Assembly (NCBI GenBank): GCA_964016885.1
Contig: OZ024743.1
Span: forward strand, 142,910,001 to 142,974,000
Source of the DNA: Eledone cirrhosa
Taxonomy: Eukaryota
Reading direction: 5' to 3'
Length of the DNA stretch: 64,000 nucleotides
Made by a program: the position numbers and the translations under genes. The notes under the pieces are model-generated. The model saw nothing but the letters and a program-made list of their open reading frames with translations. It had not been told where the DNA came from and searched no databases. Positions 22,300 to 33,844 of the stretch are shown here, piece by piece; position 1 is the stretch's first letter, and each line of letters opens with the position of its first letter.

Positions 22300-25200
22300 G
22301 GTGTTTGGTGTTTGGTGTTTGGTGCTTGGGGCTTGGTGTTTGCTCTTTGGTGCTTGGTGATTGGTTTTTGGTGTTTGGTGCTTGGTGCTTGGTGTATGGT
22401 GTTTGGTGCTTGGTGCTTGGTGCTTGGTGCTTGGTGTTTGGTGTTTGGTGCTTGGTGCTTGGTGTTTGGTGTTTGGTGTTTGGTGCTTGGTGCTTGGTTC
22501 TGGGTGCTTGGTGCTTGGTGTTTGGTGTTTGGTGCTTGGTGCTTGGTGTTTGGTGCTTGGGGCTTGGTGATTGGTGTTTGGTGCTTGGTGCTTGGTGCTT
22601 GGTGCTTGGTGCTTGGTGTTTGGTGCTTGGTGTTCGGTGCTTGGTGCTTGGTGCTAGGTGTTTGGTGTTTGGTGTTTGGCGCTTGGTGCTTGGTGTTTGG
22701 TGATTGGTGCTTGGTGTTTGGTGTTTGGTGCTTGGTGCTTGGTGTTTGGTGTTTGGTGCTTGGTGCTTGGTGCTTGGTGCTTGGTGTTTGGTGTTTGGTG
22801 CTTGGAGCTTGGTGTTTGGTGTTTGGTGCTTGGTGCTTTGTTCTGGGTGCTTGGTGCTTGGTGTTTGGTGTATGGTGCTGGGTGCTTGGTGTTTGGTGCT
22901 TGGGGCTTGGTGCTTGGTGCTTGGTGCTTGGAGCTTGGTGTTTGGTGCTTGGTGTTTGGTGCTTGGTGCTTGGTGCTAGGTGTTTGGTGTTTGGTGTTTG
23001 GCGCTTGGTGCTTGGTGCTTGGTGTTTGGTGCTTGGTGTTTGGTGCTTGGTGTTTGGTGATTGGTCCTTGGTGTTTGGTGTTTGGTGCTTGGTGCTTGGT
23101 GTTTGGTGTTTGGTGCTTGGCGCTTGGTGTTTGGTGTTTGGTCCTTGGCGTTTGCTGTTTGGCGTTTGGAGTTTGGCGTTTGCTTTTTGGCGTTTGCTGT
23201 TTGGTGTTTGGTGTTTGGTGTTTGGTGTTTGGTACTTGGTGCTTGGTGTTTGGTGTTTGGTGCTTCGCGCTTGGTGTTTGGTGTTTGGCGCTTGGCATTT
23301 GCTGTTTGGCGTTTGGGGTTTGGCATTTGCTGTTTGGCGTTTGGGGTTTGGCATTTGCTTTTTGGCGTTTGCTGTTTGGTGTTTGGTGTTTGCTGTTTGC
23401 TGTTTGGTGTTTGGTGTTTGGTGTTTGCTGGTTGGTGTTTGGTGTTTGCTGTTTGCTGTTTGGTGTTTGCTGTTTGGTGATGCGTGCTTGGTGTTTGGTG
23501 CATGGTGCTTGGTGCATGGTGCTTGGTGTTTGGTGCTTGGTGCTTGGTGTTTGGTGCTTGGGGCTTGGTGCTTGGTGTTTGGTGTTTCCTGGTTGGTGTT
23601 TCCTGGTTGGTGTTTGGTGTTTGCTGTTTGGTGTTTGGTGTTTGCTGTTTGGTGTTTGCTATTTGGTTTTTTGTGTTTGCTGTTTGGTGTTTGGTGTTTA
23701 GTGTTTGCTATTTGGTGTTTGGTGTTTGGTGTTTGGTGCTTGGGGCTTGGTGTTTGCCATTTGGTGCTTGGTGCTTGGTGTTTGGTGCTTGGTGCTTGGT
23801 GCTTGGTGCTTGGTGTTTGGTGTTTAGTGGTTGGTGCTTGGTGTTTGGTGTTTGGTGCTCGGTGCTTGGTGTCTGGTGCTTGGTGCTTGGTGCTTGCTGT
23901 TTGGTTTTTGGTGTTTGGTCCTTGGTGCTTGGTGTATGGTGTTTGGTGCTTGGTGCTTGGTGCTTGGTGCTTGGTGTTTGGTGTTTGGTGCTTGGTGCTT
24001 GGTGTTTGGTGTTTGGTGCTTGGTGCTTGGTGCTTGGTGCTTGGTGCTTGGTGCTTGTTGTTCGGTGCTTGGTGCTTGGTGCTAGGTGTTTGGTGTTTGG
24101 TGTTTGGCGCTTGGTGCTTGGTGTTTGGTGATTGGTGCTTGGTGTTTGGTGTTTGGTGCTTGGTGCTTGGTGTTTGGTGTTTGGTGCTTGGTGCTTGGTG
24201 CTTGGTGTTTGGTGTTTGGTGCTTGGAGCTTGGTGTTTGGTGTTTGGTGCTTGGTGCTTTGTTCTGGGTGCTTGGTGCTTGGTGTTTGGTGTTTGGTGCT
24301 GGGTGCTTGGTGTTTGGTGCTTGGGGCTTGGTGATTGGTGTTTGGTGCTTGGTGCTTGGTGCTTGGTGCTTGGTGTTTGGTGCTTGGTGTTTGGTGCTTG
24401 GTGCTTGGTGATAGGTGTTTGGTGTTTGGTGTTTGGCGCTTGGTGTTTGGTGTTTGGTGATTGGTGCTTGGTGTTTGGTGTTTGGTGCTTGGTGCTTGGT
24501 GTTTGGTGTTTGGTGCTTGGCGCTTGGTGTTTGGTGTTTGGTGCTTGGCGTTTGCCGTTTGGCATTTGGGGTTTGGCATTTGCTGTTTGGCGTATGGGGT
24601 TTGGCGTTTGCTTTTTTGCGTTTGCTGTTTGGTGTTTGGTGCTTGGTGTTTGGTGTTTGGTACTTGGTGCTTGGTGTTTGGTGTTTGGTGCTTGGTGCTT
24701 GGTGTTTGGTGTTTGGTGCTTGGCGCTTGGTGTTTGGTGTTTTGTGCTTGGCGTTTGCTGTTTGGCGTTTGGGTTTGGCGTTTGCTGTTTGGCGTTTGGA
24801 GTTTGGCGTTTGCTTTTTGGCGTTTGCTGTTTGGTGTTTGCTGTTTGGTGTTTGCTGTTTGGTGTTTGCTGTTTGGTGTTTGCTGTTTGGTGTTTGCTGT
24901 TTGGTGCTTGGTGCTTGGTGTTTGGTGCATGGTGCTTGGTGCTTGGTGCTTGGTGTTTGGTGCTTGGTGCTTGGTGTTTGGTTCTTGGGGCTTGGTGCTT
25001 GGTGTTTGGTGCTTCGTGTTTGGTGTTTGTTGCTTGGTGCTTGGTGTTTGGTGTTTGGTGCTTGGTGTTTGCTGTTTGGTGCTTGGTGCTTGGTGTTTGG
25101 TGCTTGGTGCTTGGTGCTTGGTGCTTGGTGCTTGGTGTTTGGTGCTTGGTGGTTGGTGCTTGGTGTTTGGTGCTTGGTGCTTGGTGTTTGGTGTTTGGCG

Positions 25201-25400
25201 CTTGGTGCTTGGTGTTTGGTGCTTGGTGCTTGGTGTTTGGTGTTTGGTGCTTGGTTTTTGGTGCTTGGTGCTTGGTGCTTGGTGCTTGGTGTCTTGTGCT
25301 TGGTGCTTGGTGTTTGGTGTTTGGTGTTTGGTGTTTGGTGCTTGGTACTTGTTGTTTTGTGTTTGGTGTTTGGTGCTTGGTGGTTGGTGTTTGGTGCTTG
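22300..25400. repeat. Displaced, diverged relative of the ~4.6-7.8 kb segment (2.8-kb HOR family)
   Basis: It carries the doubled CCTGGTT (~23588-23608), the doubled GGTGCAT (~23497-23517) and two GGCG-rich cassettes in the same order as the 2.8-kb HOR. ORF twins are 4999/22658 and 6866/24415. Confidence 0.7.
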
Positions 25401-25419
25401 GTGCTTGATGCTTAGTGCT

Positions 25420-28400
25420 TGGTGCTTGGTGTTTGGTGTTTAGTGCTTGGTGCTTGGTATTTGGTGTGTGGTGCTTGGTGCTTGGTGTTTGGTGTTTGGT
25501 GCTTGGTGCTTGGTGTTTGGTGTTTGGTGCTTGGTGCTTGGTGTTTGGTGATTGGTGCTTGGTACTTGGTGTTTGGTGCTCGGTGCTTGGTGCTTGGTGT
25601 TTCGTGCTTGGTGCTTGGTGTTTGGTCTTTGGCGCTTGGTGTTTGGTGTTTGGTGCTTGGTACTTGGTGTTTGGTGTTTGGCGTTTGGTGGTTGGTGCTT
25701 GGTGCTTGGTGCTTGGTTTTGGGAGTTTGGTGCTTGGTGCTTGGTGTTTGGTGTTTGGTGATTGGTGCTTGGTGTTTGGTGCTTGGGATTTGGTGCTTGG
25801 TGCTTGGTGTTTGGTGTTTGGAGTTTGGTACTTGGTGCTTGGTGTTTGGTGTTTGGTGCTTGGTGCTTGGTGTTTGGTGTTTAGTGCTTGCTGCTTGGTT
25901 CTTGGTGTTTGGTGCTCGGTGCTTGGTGCTTGGTGTTTGGTGCTTGGTCCTTGGTGCTTGGTGCTTGGTGTTTGGTGTTTGGTGCTTGGTGCTTGGTGTT
26001 TGGTGCTTGCGGCTTGGTGATTGGTGTTTGGTGCTTGGTGTTTGGTGCTTGGTGCTTGGTGCTAGGTGTTTGGTGTTTGGTGCTTGGCGCTTGGTGCTTG
26101 GTGTTTGGTGATTGGTGCTTGGTGTTTGGTGTTTGGTGCTTGGTGCTTGGTGTTTGGTGTTTGGTGCTTGGCGCTTGGTGTTTGGTGTTTGGTGCCTGGC
26201 GTTTGCTGTTTGGCGTTTGGGGTTTGGCATTTGCTGTTTGGCGTATGGGGTTTGGCGTTTGCTTTTTGGCGTTTGCTGTTTGGTGTTTGGTGCTTGGTAT
26301 TTGGTGTTTGGTGCTTGGTGCTTGGTGTTTGGTGTTTAGTGCTTGGTGCTTGGTTCTTGGTGTTTGGTGCTCGGTGCTTGGTGCTTGGTGTTTGGTGCTT
26401 GGTGCTTGGTTCTGGGTGCTTGGTGCTTGGTGTTTGGTGTTTGGTGCTTGGTGCTTGGTGTTTGGTGCTTGGGGCTTGGTGATTGGTGTTTGGTACTTGG
26501 TGTTTGGTGCTTGGTGCTTGGTGCTAGGTGTTTGGTGTTTGGTGCTTGGCGCTTGGTGCTTGGTGTTTGGTGATTGGTGCTTGGTGTTTGGTGTTTGGTG
26601 CTTGGTGCTAGGTGTTTGGTGTTTGGTGCTTGGCGCTTGGTGTTTGGCGTTTGGCGCTTGGCGTTTGCTGTTTGGCGTTTGGGGTTTGGCATTTACTGTT
26701 TGGCGTTTGGGGTTTGGCGTTTGCTTTTAGGCATTTGCTGTTTGGTGTTTGCTGTTTGGTGTTTGCTGTTTGGTGTTTGCTGTTTGGTGTTTGGTGTTTG
26801 CTGTTTGGTGTTTGCTGTTTGGTGCTTGGTGCTTGGTGTTTGGTGCATGGTGCTTGGTGCTTCGTGCTTGGTGTTTGGTGCTTGGTGCTTGGTGTTTGGT
26901 GCTTGGGGCTTGGTGCTTGGTGTTTGGTGTTTGGTGTTTGGTGCTTGGTGCTTGGTGTTTGGTGTTTGGTGCTTGGTGTTTGCTGTTTGGTGCTTGGTGC
27001 TTGGTGTTTGGTGCTTGGTGCTTGGTGCTTGGTGCTTGGTGCTTGGTGTTTGGTGTTTAGTGCTTGGTGCTTGGTGTTTGGTGTTTGGTGCTTGGTGCTT
27101 GGTGTTTGGTGCTTGGGGCTTGGTGCTTGGTGTTTGGTGTTTGGTGCTTGGTGCTTGGTGTTTGGTGTTTGGTGCTTGGTGCTTGGTGTTTGGTGATTGG
27201 TGCTTGGTACTTGGTGTTTGGTGCTCGGTGCTTGGTGCTTGGTGTTTCGTGCTTGGTGCTTGGTGTTTGGTCTTTGGCGCTTGGTGCTTGGTGTTTGGTG
27301 CTTGGTACTTGGTGTTTGGTGTTTGGCGTTTGGTGTTTGGTGCTTGGTGCTTGGTGCTTGGTTTTTGGAGTTTGGTGCTTGGTGCTTGGTGTTTGGTGTT
27401 TGGTGATTGGTGCTTGGTGTTTGGTGCTTGGGATTTGGTGCTTGGTGCTTGGTGTTTGGTGTTTGGTGTTTGGAGTTTGGTACTTGGTGCTTGGTGTTTG
27501 GTGTTTGGTGCTTGGTGCTTGGTGTTTGGTGTTTAGTGCTTGGTGCTTGGTTCTTGGTGTTTGGTGCTCGGTGCTTGGTGCTTGGTGTTTGGTGCTTGGT
27601 GCTTGGTTCTGGGTGCTTGGTGCTTGGTGTTTGGTGTTTGGTGCTTGGTGCTTGGTGTTTGGTGCTTGGGGCTTGGTGATTGGTGTTTGGTGCTTGGTGT
27701 TTGGTGCTTGGTGCTTGGTGCTAGATGTTTGGTGTTTGGTGCTTGGCGCTTGGTGCTTGGTGTTTGGTGATTGGTGCTTGGTGTTTGGTGTTTGGTGCTT
27801 GGTGCTTGGTGTTTGGTGTTTGGTGCTTGGCGCTTGGTGTTTGGTGTTTGGTGCTTGGCGTTTGCTGTTTGGCGTTTGGGGTTGGCATTTGCTGTTTGGC
27901 GTATGGGGTTTGGCGTTTGCTTTTTGGCATTTGCTGTTTGGTGTTTGGTGCTTGGTGTTTGGTGTTTGGTGCTTGGTGCTTGGTGTTTGGTGTTTAGAGC
28001 TTGGTGCTTGGTTCTTGGTGTTTGGTGCTCGGTGCTTGGTGCTTGGTGTTTCGTGCTTGGTGCTTGGTTCTGGGTGCTTGGTGCTTGGTGTTTGGTGTTT
28101 GGCGCTTGGCGCTTGGTGTTTGGTACTTGGTGCTTGGTGTTTGGTGTTTGGTGCTTGGTGCTTGGTGCTTGGTGTTTGGCGTTTGGTGCTTGGCACTTGG
28201 TGTTTGGTGCTTGGTGCTTGGTGTTTGGCGTTTGGTGCTTGGCACTTGGTGTTTGGTGCTCGGTGCTTGGTGCTTGGTGTTTCGTGCTTGGTGCTTGTTT
28301 CTGGGTGCTTGGTGCTTGGTGTTTGGTGTTTGGCGCTTGGCGCTTGGCGTTTGCTTTTTGGCGTTTGCTGTTTGGTGTTTGGTGCTTGGTGTTTGGTGTT

Positions 28401-29000
28401 TGGTACTTGGTGCTTGGTGTTTGGTGTTTGGTGCTTGGTGCTTGGTGCTTGGTGTTTGGCGTTTGGTGCTTGGCACTTGGTGTTTGGCGTTTGGCGCTTG
28501 GCGTTTGCTGTTTGGCGTTTGGGATTTGGCATTTGCTGTTTGGCGTTTGGGGTTTGGCGTTTGCTTTTTGGCATTTGCTGTTTGGTGTTTGGTGTTTGGT
28601 GTTTGCTGTTTGGTGTTTGCTGTTTGGTGTTTGCTGTTTGGTGTTTGGTGTTTGGTGTTTGCTGGTTGGTGTTTGGTGTTTGGTGTTTGCTGTTTGGTGT
28701 TTGCTGTTTGGTGCTTGGTGCTTGGTGTTTGGTGCATGGTGCTTGGTGCTTCGTGCTTGGTGTTTGGTGCTTGGTGCTTGGTGTTTGGTGCTTGGGGCTT
28801 GGTGCTTGGTGTTTGGTGTTTGGTGTTTGGTGCTTGGTGCTTGGTGTTTGGTGTTTGGTGCTTGGTGTTTGCTGTTTGGTGCTTGGTGCTTGGTGTTTGG
28901 TGCTTGGTGCTTGGTGCTTGGTGCTTGGTGCTTGGTGTTTGGTGCTTGGTGCTTGGTGCTTGGTGCTTGGTGTTTGGTGTTTAGTGCTTGGTGCTTGGTG
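25420..29000. repeat. ~1.65 kb two-copy duplication with internal rearrangement
   Basis: GGGATTT occurs at 25785 and 27430 (1645 apart). ORF twins are 25552/27197 (1645) and 26066/27725 (1659). Confidence 0.7.
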
Positions 29001-29989
29001 TTTGGTGTTTGGTGCTTGGTGCTTGGTGTCTGGTGCTTGGTGCTTGGTGCTTGCTGTTTGGTGCTTGGTGTTTGGTGCTTGGTGTTTGGTGTTTGGTGCT
29101 TGGTGCTTGGTGTTTGGTGCTTGGTGCTTGGTACTTGGTGTTTGGTGCTTGGTGCTTGGTGCTTGGTGTTTGGTGTTTAGTGCTTGGTGCTTGGTGTTTG
29201 GTGTTTGGTGCTTGGTGCTTGGTGCTTGGTGTTTGGTGTTTGGTGCTTGGTGATTCGTGATTGGTGTTTGATGTTTGGTGTTTGGTGTTTGGTGATTCGT
29301 GATTGGTGTTTGATGTTTGGTGTTTGGTGTTGGGTGTTTGGTGCTTGGGGCTTTGTGTTTGTTCTTTGGTGCTTGGTGATTGGTGTTTGGTGTTGGGTGC
29401 TTGGTGCTTGGTGTTTGGTGCTTGGTGCTTGGTGCTTGGTGCTTAGTGCTTGGTGCTTTGTGTTTGTTGCTTGGTGCTTGGTGCTTGGCGATTGGTGCTT
29501 GGTGCTTGGTGTTTGATGAGTGGTGCTTGGTGTTTGGTGTTTGGTATTTGATGCTTGGTGCTTCGTGCTTGGTGTTTGGTGTTTGGTGCTTGGTGCTTGG
29601 TGTTTGGTGCTTGGGATTTGGTGCTTGGTGCTTGGTGTTTGGTGTTTGGTGTTTGGTACTTGGTGCTTGGTGTTTGGTGTTTGGTGCTTGGTGCTTGGTG
29701 TTTGGTGTTTAGTGATTGGTGCTTGGTTCTTGGTGTTTGGTGCTTGGTGCTTGGTGATTGGTGTTTAGTGCTTGGTGCTTGGTATTTGGTGCTTGGTCTT
29801 TGGTGCTTGGTGTTTGGTGCTTGGTGCTTGGTGCTTGGTGTTTGGTGCTTGGTGCTTGGCGTTTGGTGCATGGTGCTTGGTGCTTGCTGTTTGGTGCTTG
29901 GTGCTTGGTGCTTGGTGTTTGGTGTTTAGTGCTTGGTGCTTGGTGATTGGTGCTTGTTGCTTGGTGCTTGGTGTTTGGTGCTTGGTGCT

Positions 29990-31160
29990 TGGTGTTTGGT
30001 GTTTGGTGTTTGCTGTTTGCTGTCTGGTGTTTGCTGTTTGGTGTTTGCTGTTTGGTGTTTGCTGTTTGGTGTTTGCTATTTGGTGTTTGGTGTTTGGTGT
30101 TTGCTGTTTGGTGTTTGGTGTTTGCTGTTTGGCGTTTGCTGTTTGGCGTTTGCTGTTTGGCATCTGGTGGTTGGCGTTTGCTGTTTGGCGTTTGTTGTTT
30201 GGTGTTTGGTGTTTGCTGCTTGGTGTTTGCTGTTTGCTGTTTGTTTGGTGTTTGCTGTTTGGTGTTTGGTGTTTGGTGTTTGCTGTTTGGTGTTTGGTGT
30301 TTACTGTTTTGTGTTTGGTGTTTGGTGTTTGGTGATTGGTGTTTGCTGTTTGGTGTTTGGTGTTTGGTGATTGGTGTTTGCTGTTTGGTGTTTGGTGCTT
30401 GGTGTTTGGTGTTTGGTGATTGGTGCTTGGTGTTTCGTGCTTGGTGCTTGGTGCTTGTTGTTTGGCGCTTGGTGCTTGGTATTTGGTGTTTGGTGCTTGG
30501 TGTTTGGTGCTTGGTGCTTGGTGTTTTGTGCTTGGTGCTTCGTGCTTGGTGTTTGGTGTTTGGTGCTTGGTGTTTGGTGTTTGCTGTTTGGTGTTTGCTG
30601 TTTGGTGTTCGCTGTTTGGTGTTTGGTGTTTGCTGTTTGGTGTTTGGTGTTTGCGGGTTGGTGTTTGCTATTTGGTGTTTGTGTTTGGCGTTTGATGTTT
30701 GGCGTTTGTTGTTTGTTGTTTGCTATTTGGTGTTTGATGTTTGGTGTTTGGTGTTTGGTGTTTGCTGTTTGATGTTTGGTGATTGGTGTTTGATGTTTGG
30801 TGTTTGGTGCTTGGTGCTTGGTGCTTGGTGCTTAGTGTTTTATGTTTAGCGCTTGGTGCTTGGTGTTTTGTGCTTGGTGCTTGGTGCTTGGTGTTTGGAG
30901 TTTGGTGCTTGGTGTTTGGTGTTTGGTGTTTGCTGTTTGCTGTTTGCTGTTTGGTGTTCGCTGTTTGGTGTTTGGTGTTTGCTGTTTGGTGTTTGGTGTT
31001 TGCGGTTTGGTGTTTGCTATTTGGCGTTTGGTGTTTGGCGTTTGATGTTTGGCGTTTGTTGTTTGTTGTTTGCTGTTTGGTGTTTGATGTTTGGTGTTTG
31101 GTGTTTGGTGTTTGCTGTTTGATGTTTGGTGATTGCTGTTTGATGTTTGGTGTTTGGTGC
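29990..31160. repeat. GGTGCTT-poor block of GGTGTTT/GCTGTTT with GATGTTT and GTTGTTT variants (representative)
   Basis: It shows 14-bp alternation (GGTGTTT GCTGTTT)n plus GGCATCT GGTGGTT and GGCGTTT GATGTTT GGCGTTT GTTGTTT GTTGTTT. It recurs at about 37.3-38.05, 41.6-42.83, 43.7-44.95 and 58.2-59.4 kb. Confidence 0.85.
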
Positions 31161-31215
31161 TTGGTGCTTGGTGTTTTGTGCTTGGTGTTTGGTGCTTGGG
31201 GTTTGGTGCTTGGTG

Positions 31216-31226
31216 TTTTTTTTTTT
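31216..31226 (+). repeat. T11 homopolymer interrupting the heptamer, copy 1 of 3
   Basis: Read directly as GGTG TTTTTTTTTTT GGTGCTT GGAGCTT. Confidence 0.9.
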
Positions 31227-33844
31227 GGTGCTTGGAGCTTGGTGTTTGGTGTTTGGTGCTTGGTGCTTGGTGTTTGGTGCTTGGTGCTTGGTGTTGGTGT
31301 TTGGTGCTTGGTGCTTGGTGCTTGGTGTTTGGTGTTTGCTGTTTGCTGTTTGCTGTTTGTTGTTTGCTGTTTGGTGTTTTGTGTTTGCTGTTTGGTGTTT
31401 GGAGTTTGCCCTTTGGTGTTTGCTATTTGGTGTTTGGTGTTTGCTGTTTGGTGTTTGGTGTTTGGTGTTTGGTGCTTGGTGCTTTGTTTTTGCTCTTTGG
31501 TGCTTTGTGCTTGGTCTTTGGTGTTTGGTGCTTGGTGCTTGGTGTTTGGTGCTTTGTGCCTGGTGTTTGTTGTTTGGTGTTTGGTCCTTGGTGCTTGGTG
31601 CTTGGTCTCTGGTGCTTGGTGCTTGGTGTTTGGTGTTTGGTGCTTGGTGCTTGGTGTTTGGTGTTTGGTGTTTGGTGCTTGGTGCTTGGTACTTGGTGTT
31701 TTGTGTTTGGTGCTTGGTGCTTGGTGCTTGGTGCTTGGTGTTTGGTGCTTGGTGTTTGGTGTTTAGTGCTTGGTGCTTGGTATTTGGTGTTTGGTGCTTG
31801 GTTCTTGGTGTTTGGTGTTTGGTGCTTGGTGCTTGGTGTTTGGTGTTTGGTGTTTCGTGCTTGGTGCTTGGTGTTTGGTCTTTGGTGCTTGGTGCTTGGT
31901 GTTTGGTGCTTGGTGCTTGGTGTTTGGTGTTTGGCGTATGGTGTTTGGTGCTTGGTGCTTGGTGTTTGGTGTTTGCTGTTTGGTGTTTGCTGTTTGGTGT
32001 TTGCTGTTTGGTGTTTGCTGTTTGGTGTTTGCTGTTTGGTGCTTGGTGCTTGGTGTTTAGTGCATGGTGCTTGGTGCTTGGTGTTTGGTGCTTGGTGCTT
32101 GGTGTTTGGTGCTTGGGGCTTGGTGCTTGGTGTTTGGTGCTTGGTGTTTGGTGTTTGTTGCTTGGTGCTTGGTGTTTGGTGCTTGGTGTTTGGTGTTTGG
32201 TGCTTGGTGCTTGGTGTTTGGTGTTTGGTGCTTGGTGCTTGGTGTTTGGTGTTTGGTACTTGGTGCTTGGTGTTTGGTGTTTGGCACTTGGTGCTTGGTG
32301 TTTGTTGCTTGGTGCTTGGTGCTTGGTGTTTGGTGCTTGGTGCTGGGTGTTTGGTGTTTGGTGATTGGTGCTTGGTGTTTGGTGCTTGGGGTTTGGTGCT
32401 TGGTGCTTGGTGATTGGTGTTTGGTGCTTGGTGCTTGGTGTATGGTGTTTGGTGCTTGGAGCTTGGTGTTTGGTGTTTGGTGCTTGGTGCTTGGTGTTTG
32501 GTGCTTGGTGCTTGGTGTTGTTGTTTGGTGCTTGGTGCTTGGTGCTTGGTGTTTGGTGTTTGGTGTTTGCTGTTTGCTGTTTGGTGTTTGCTGTTTGGTG
32601 TTTGCTGTTTGGTGTTTGGTGTTTGGTGTTTGGTGTTTGCTGTTTGGTGTTTGGTGTTTGGTGTTCGCTATTTGGTGTTTTGTGTTTGCTGTTTGTTGTT
32701 TGGTGTTTAGTGTTTGCTATTTGGTGTTTGGTGTTTGGGGTTTGGTGCTTGGGGCTTGGTGTTTGCTCTTTGGTGCTTGGTGATTGGTTTTTGGTGTATG
32801 GAGCTTGGTGCTTGGTGTATGGTGTTTGGTGCTTGGTGCTTGGTGCTTGGTGCTTGGTGTTTGGTGTTTGGTGCTTGGTGCTTGGTAGTTTGGTGTTTGG
32901 TGCTTGGTGCTTGGTTCTGGGTGCTTGGTGCTTGGTGTTTGGTGTTTGGTGCTTGGTGCTTGGTGTTTGGTGCTTGGGGCTTGGTGATTGGTGTTTGGTG
33001 CTTGGTGCTTGGTGCTTGGTGCTTGGTGCTTGGTGTTTGGTGCTTGGTGTTCGGTGCTTGGTGCTTGGTGCTAGGTGTTTGGTGTTTGGTGTTTGGCGCT
33101 TGGGGCTTGGTGTTTGGTGATTGGTGCTTGGTGTTTGGTGTTTGGTGCTTGGTGCTTGGTGTTTGGTGCTTGGTGCTTGGTGCTTGGTGTTTGGTGTTTG
33201 GTGCTTGGAGCTTGGTGTTTGGTGTTTGGTGCTTGGTGCTTTGTTCTGGGTGCTTGGTGTTTGGTGTTTGGTGTTTGGTGCTTGGTGCTTGGTGTTTGAT
33301 GCTTGGGGCTTGGTGATTGGTGTTTGCTGCTTGGTGCTTGGTGCTTGGTGCTTGGTGCTTGGTGTTTGGTGCTTGGTGTTTGGTGCTTGGTGCTTGGTGC
33401 TAGGTGTTTGGTGTTTGGTGTTTGGCGCTTGGTGTTTGGTGTTTGGTGATTTGTGCTTGGTGTTTCGTGTTTGGTGCTTGGTGCTTGGTGTTTGGTGTTT
33501 GGTGCTGGGCGTTTGCTGTTTGGCGTTTGGGGTTTGGCATTTGCTTTTTTGCGTTTGCTGTTTAGTGTTTGGTGCTTGGTGTTTGGTGTTTGGTACTTGG
33601 TGCTTGGTGTTTGGTGTTTGGTGCTTGGTGCTTGGTGTTTGGTGATTGGTGCTTGGTGTTTGGTGCTTGGGATTTGGTGCTTGGTGCTTGGTGTTTGGTG
33701 TTTGGAGTTTGCTGTTTGGTGTTTGCTGTTTGTTGTTTTGTGTTTGCTGTTTGGTGCTTGGAGTTTGCTCTTTGGTTTTTGCTATTTGGTGTTTGGTGTT
33801 TGGTGTTTGCTGTTTGGTGTTTGGTGTTTGGTGTTTGGTGTTTG

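Noticed and set aside
30161-30170. Chi-like TCTGGTGG (five copies)
   Set aside because: It is one mismatch from E. coli Chi GCTGGTGG, expected by chance in a GGTG-rich repeat and multiplied by duplication. There is no bacterial context.
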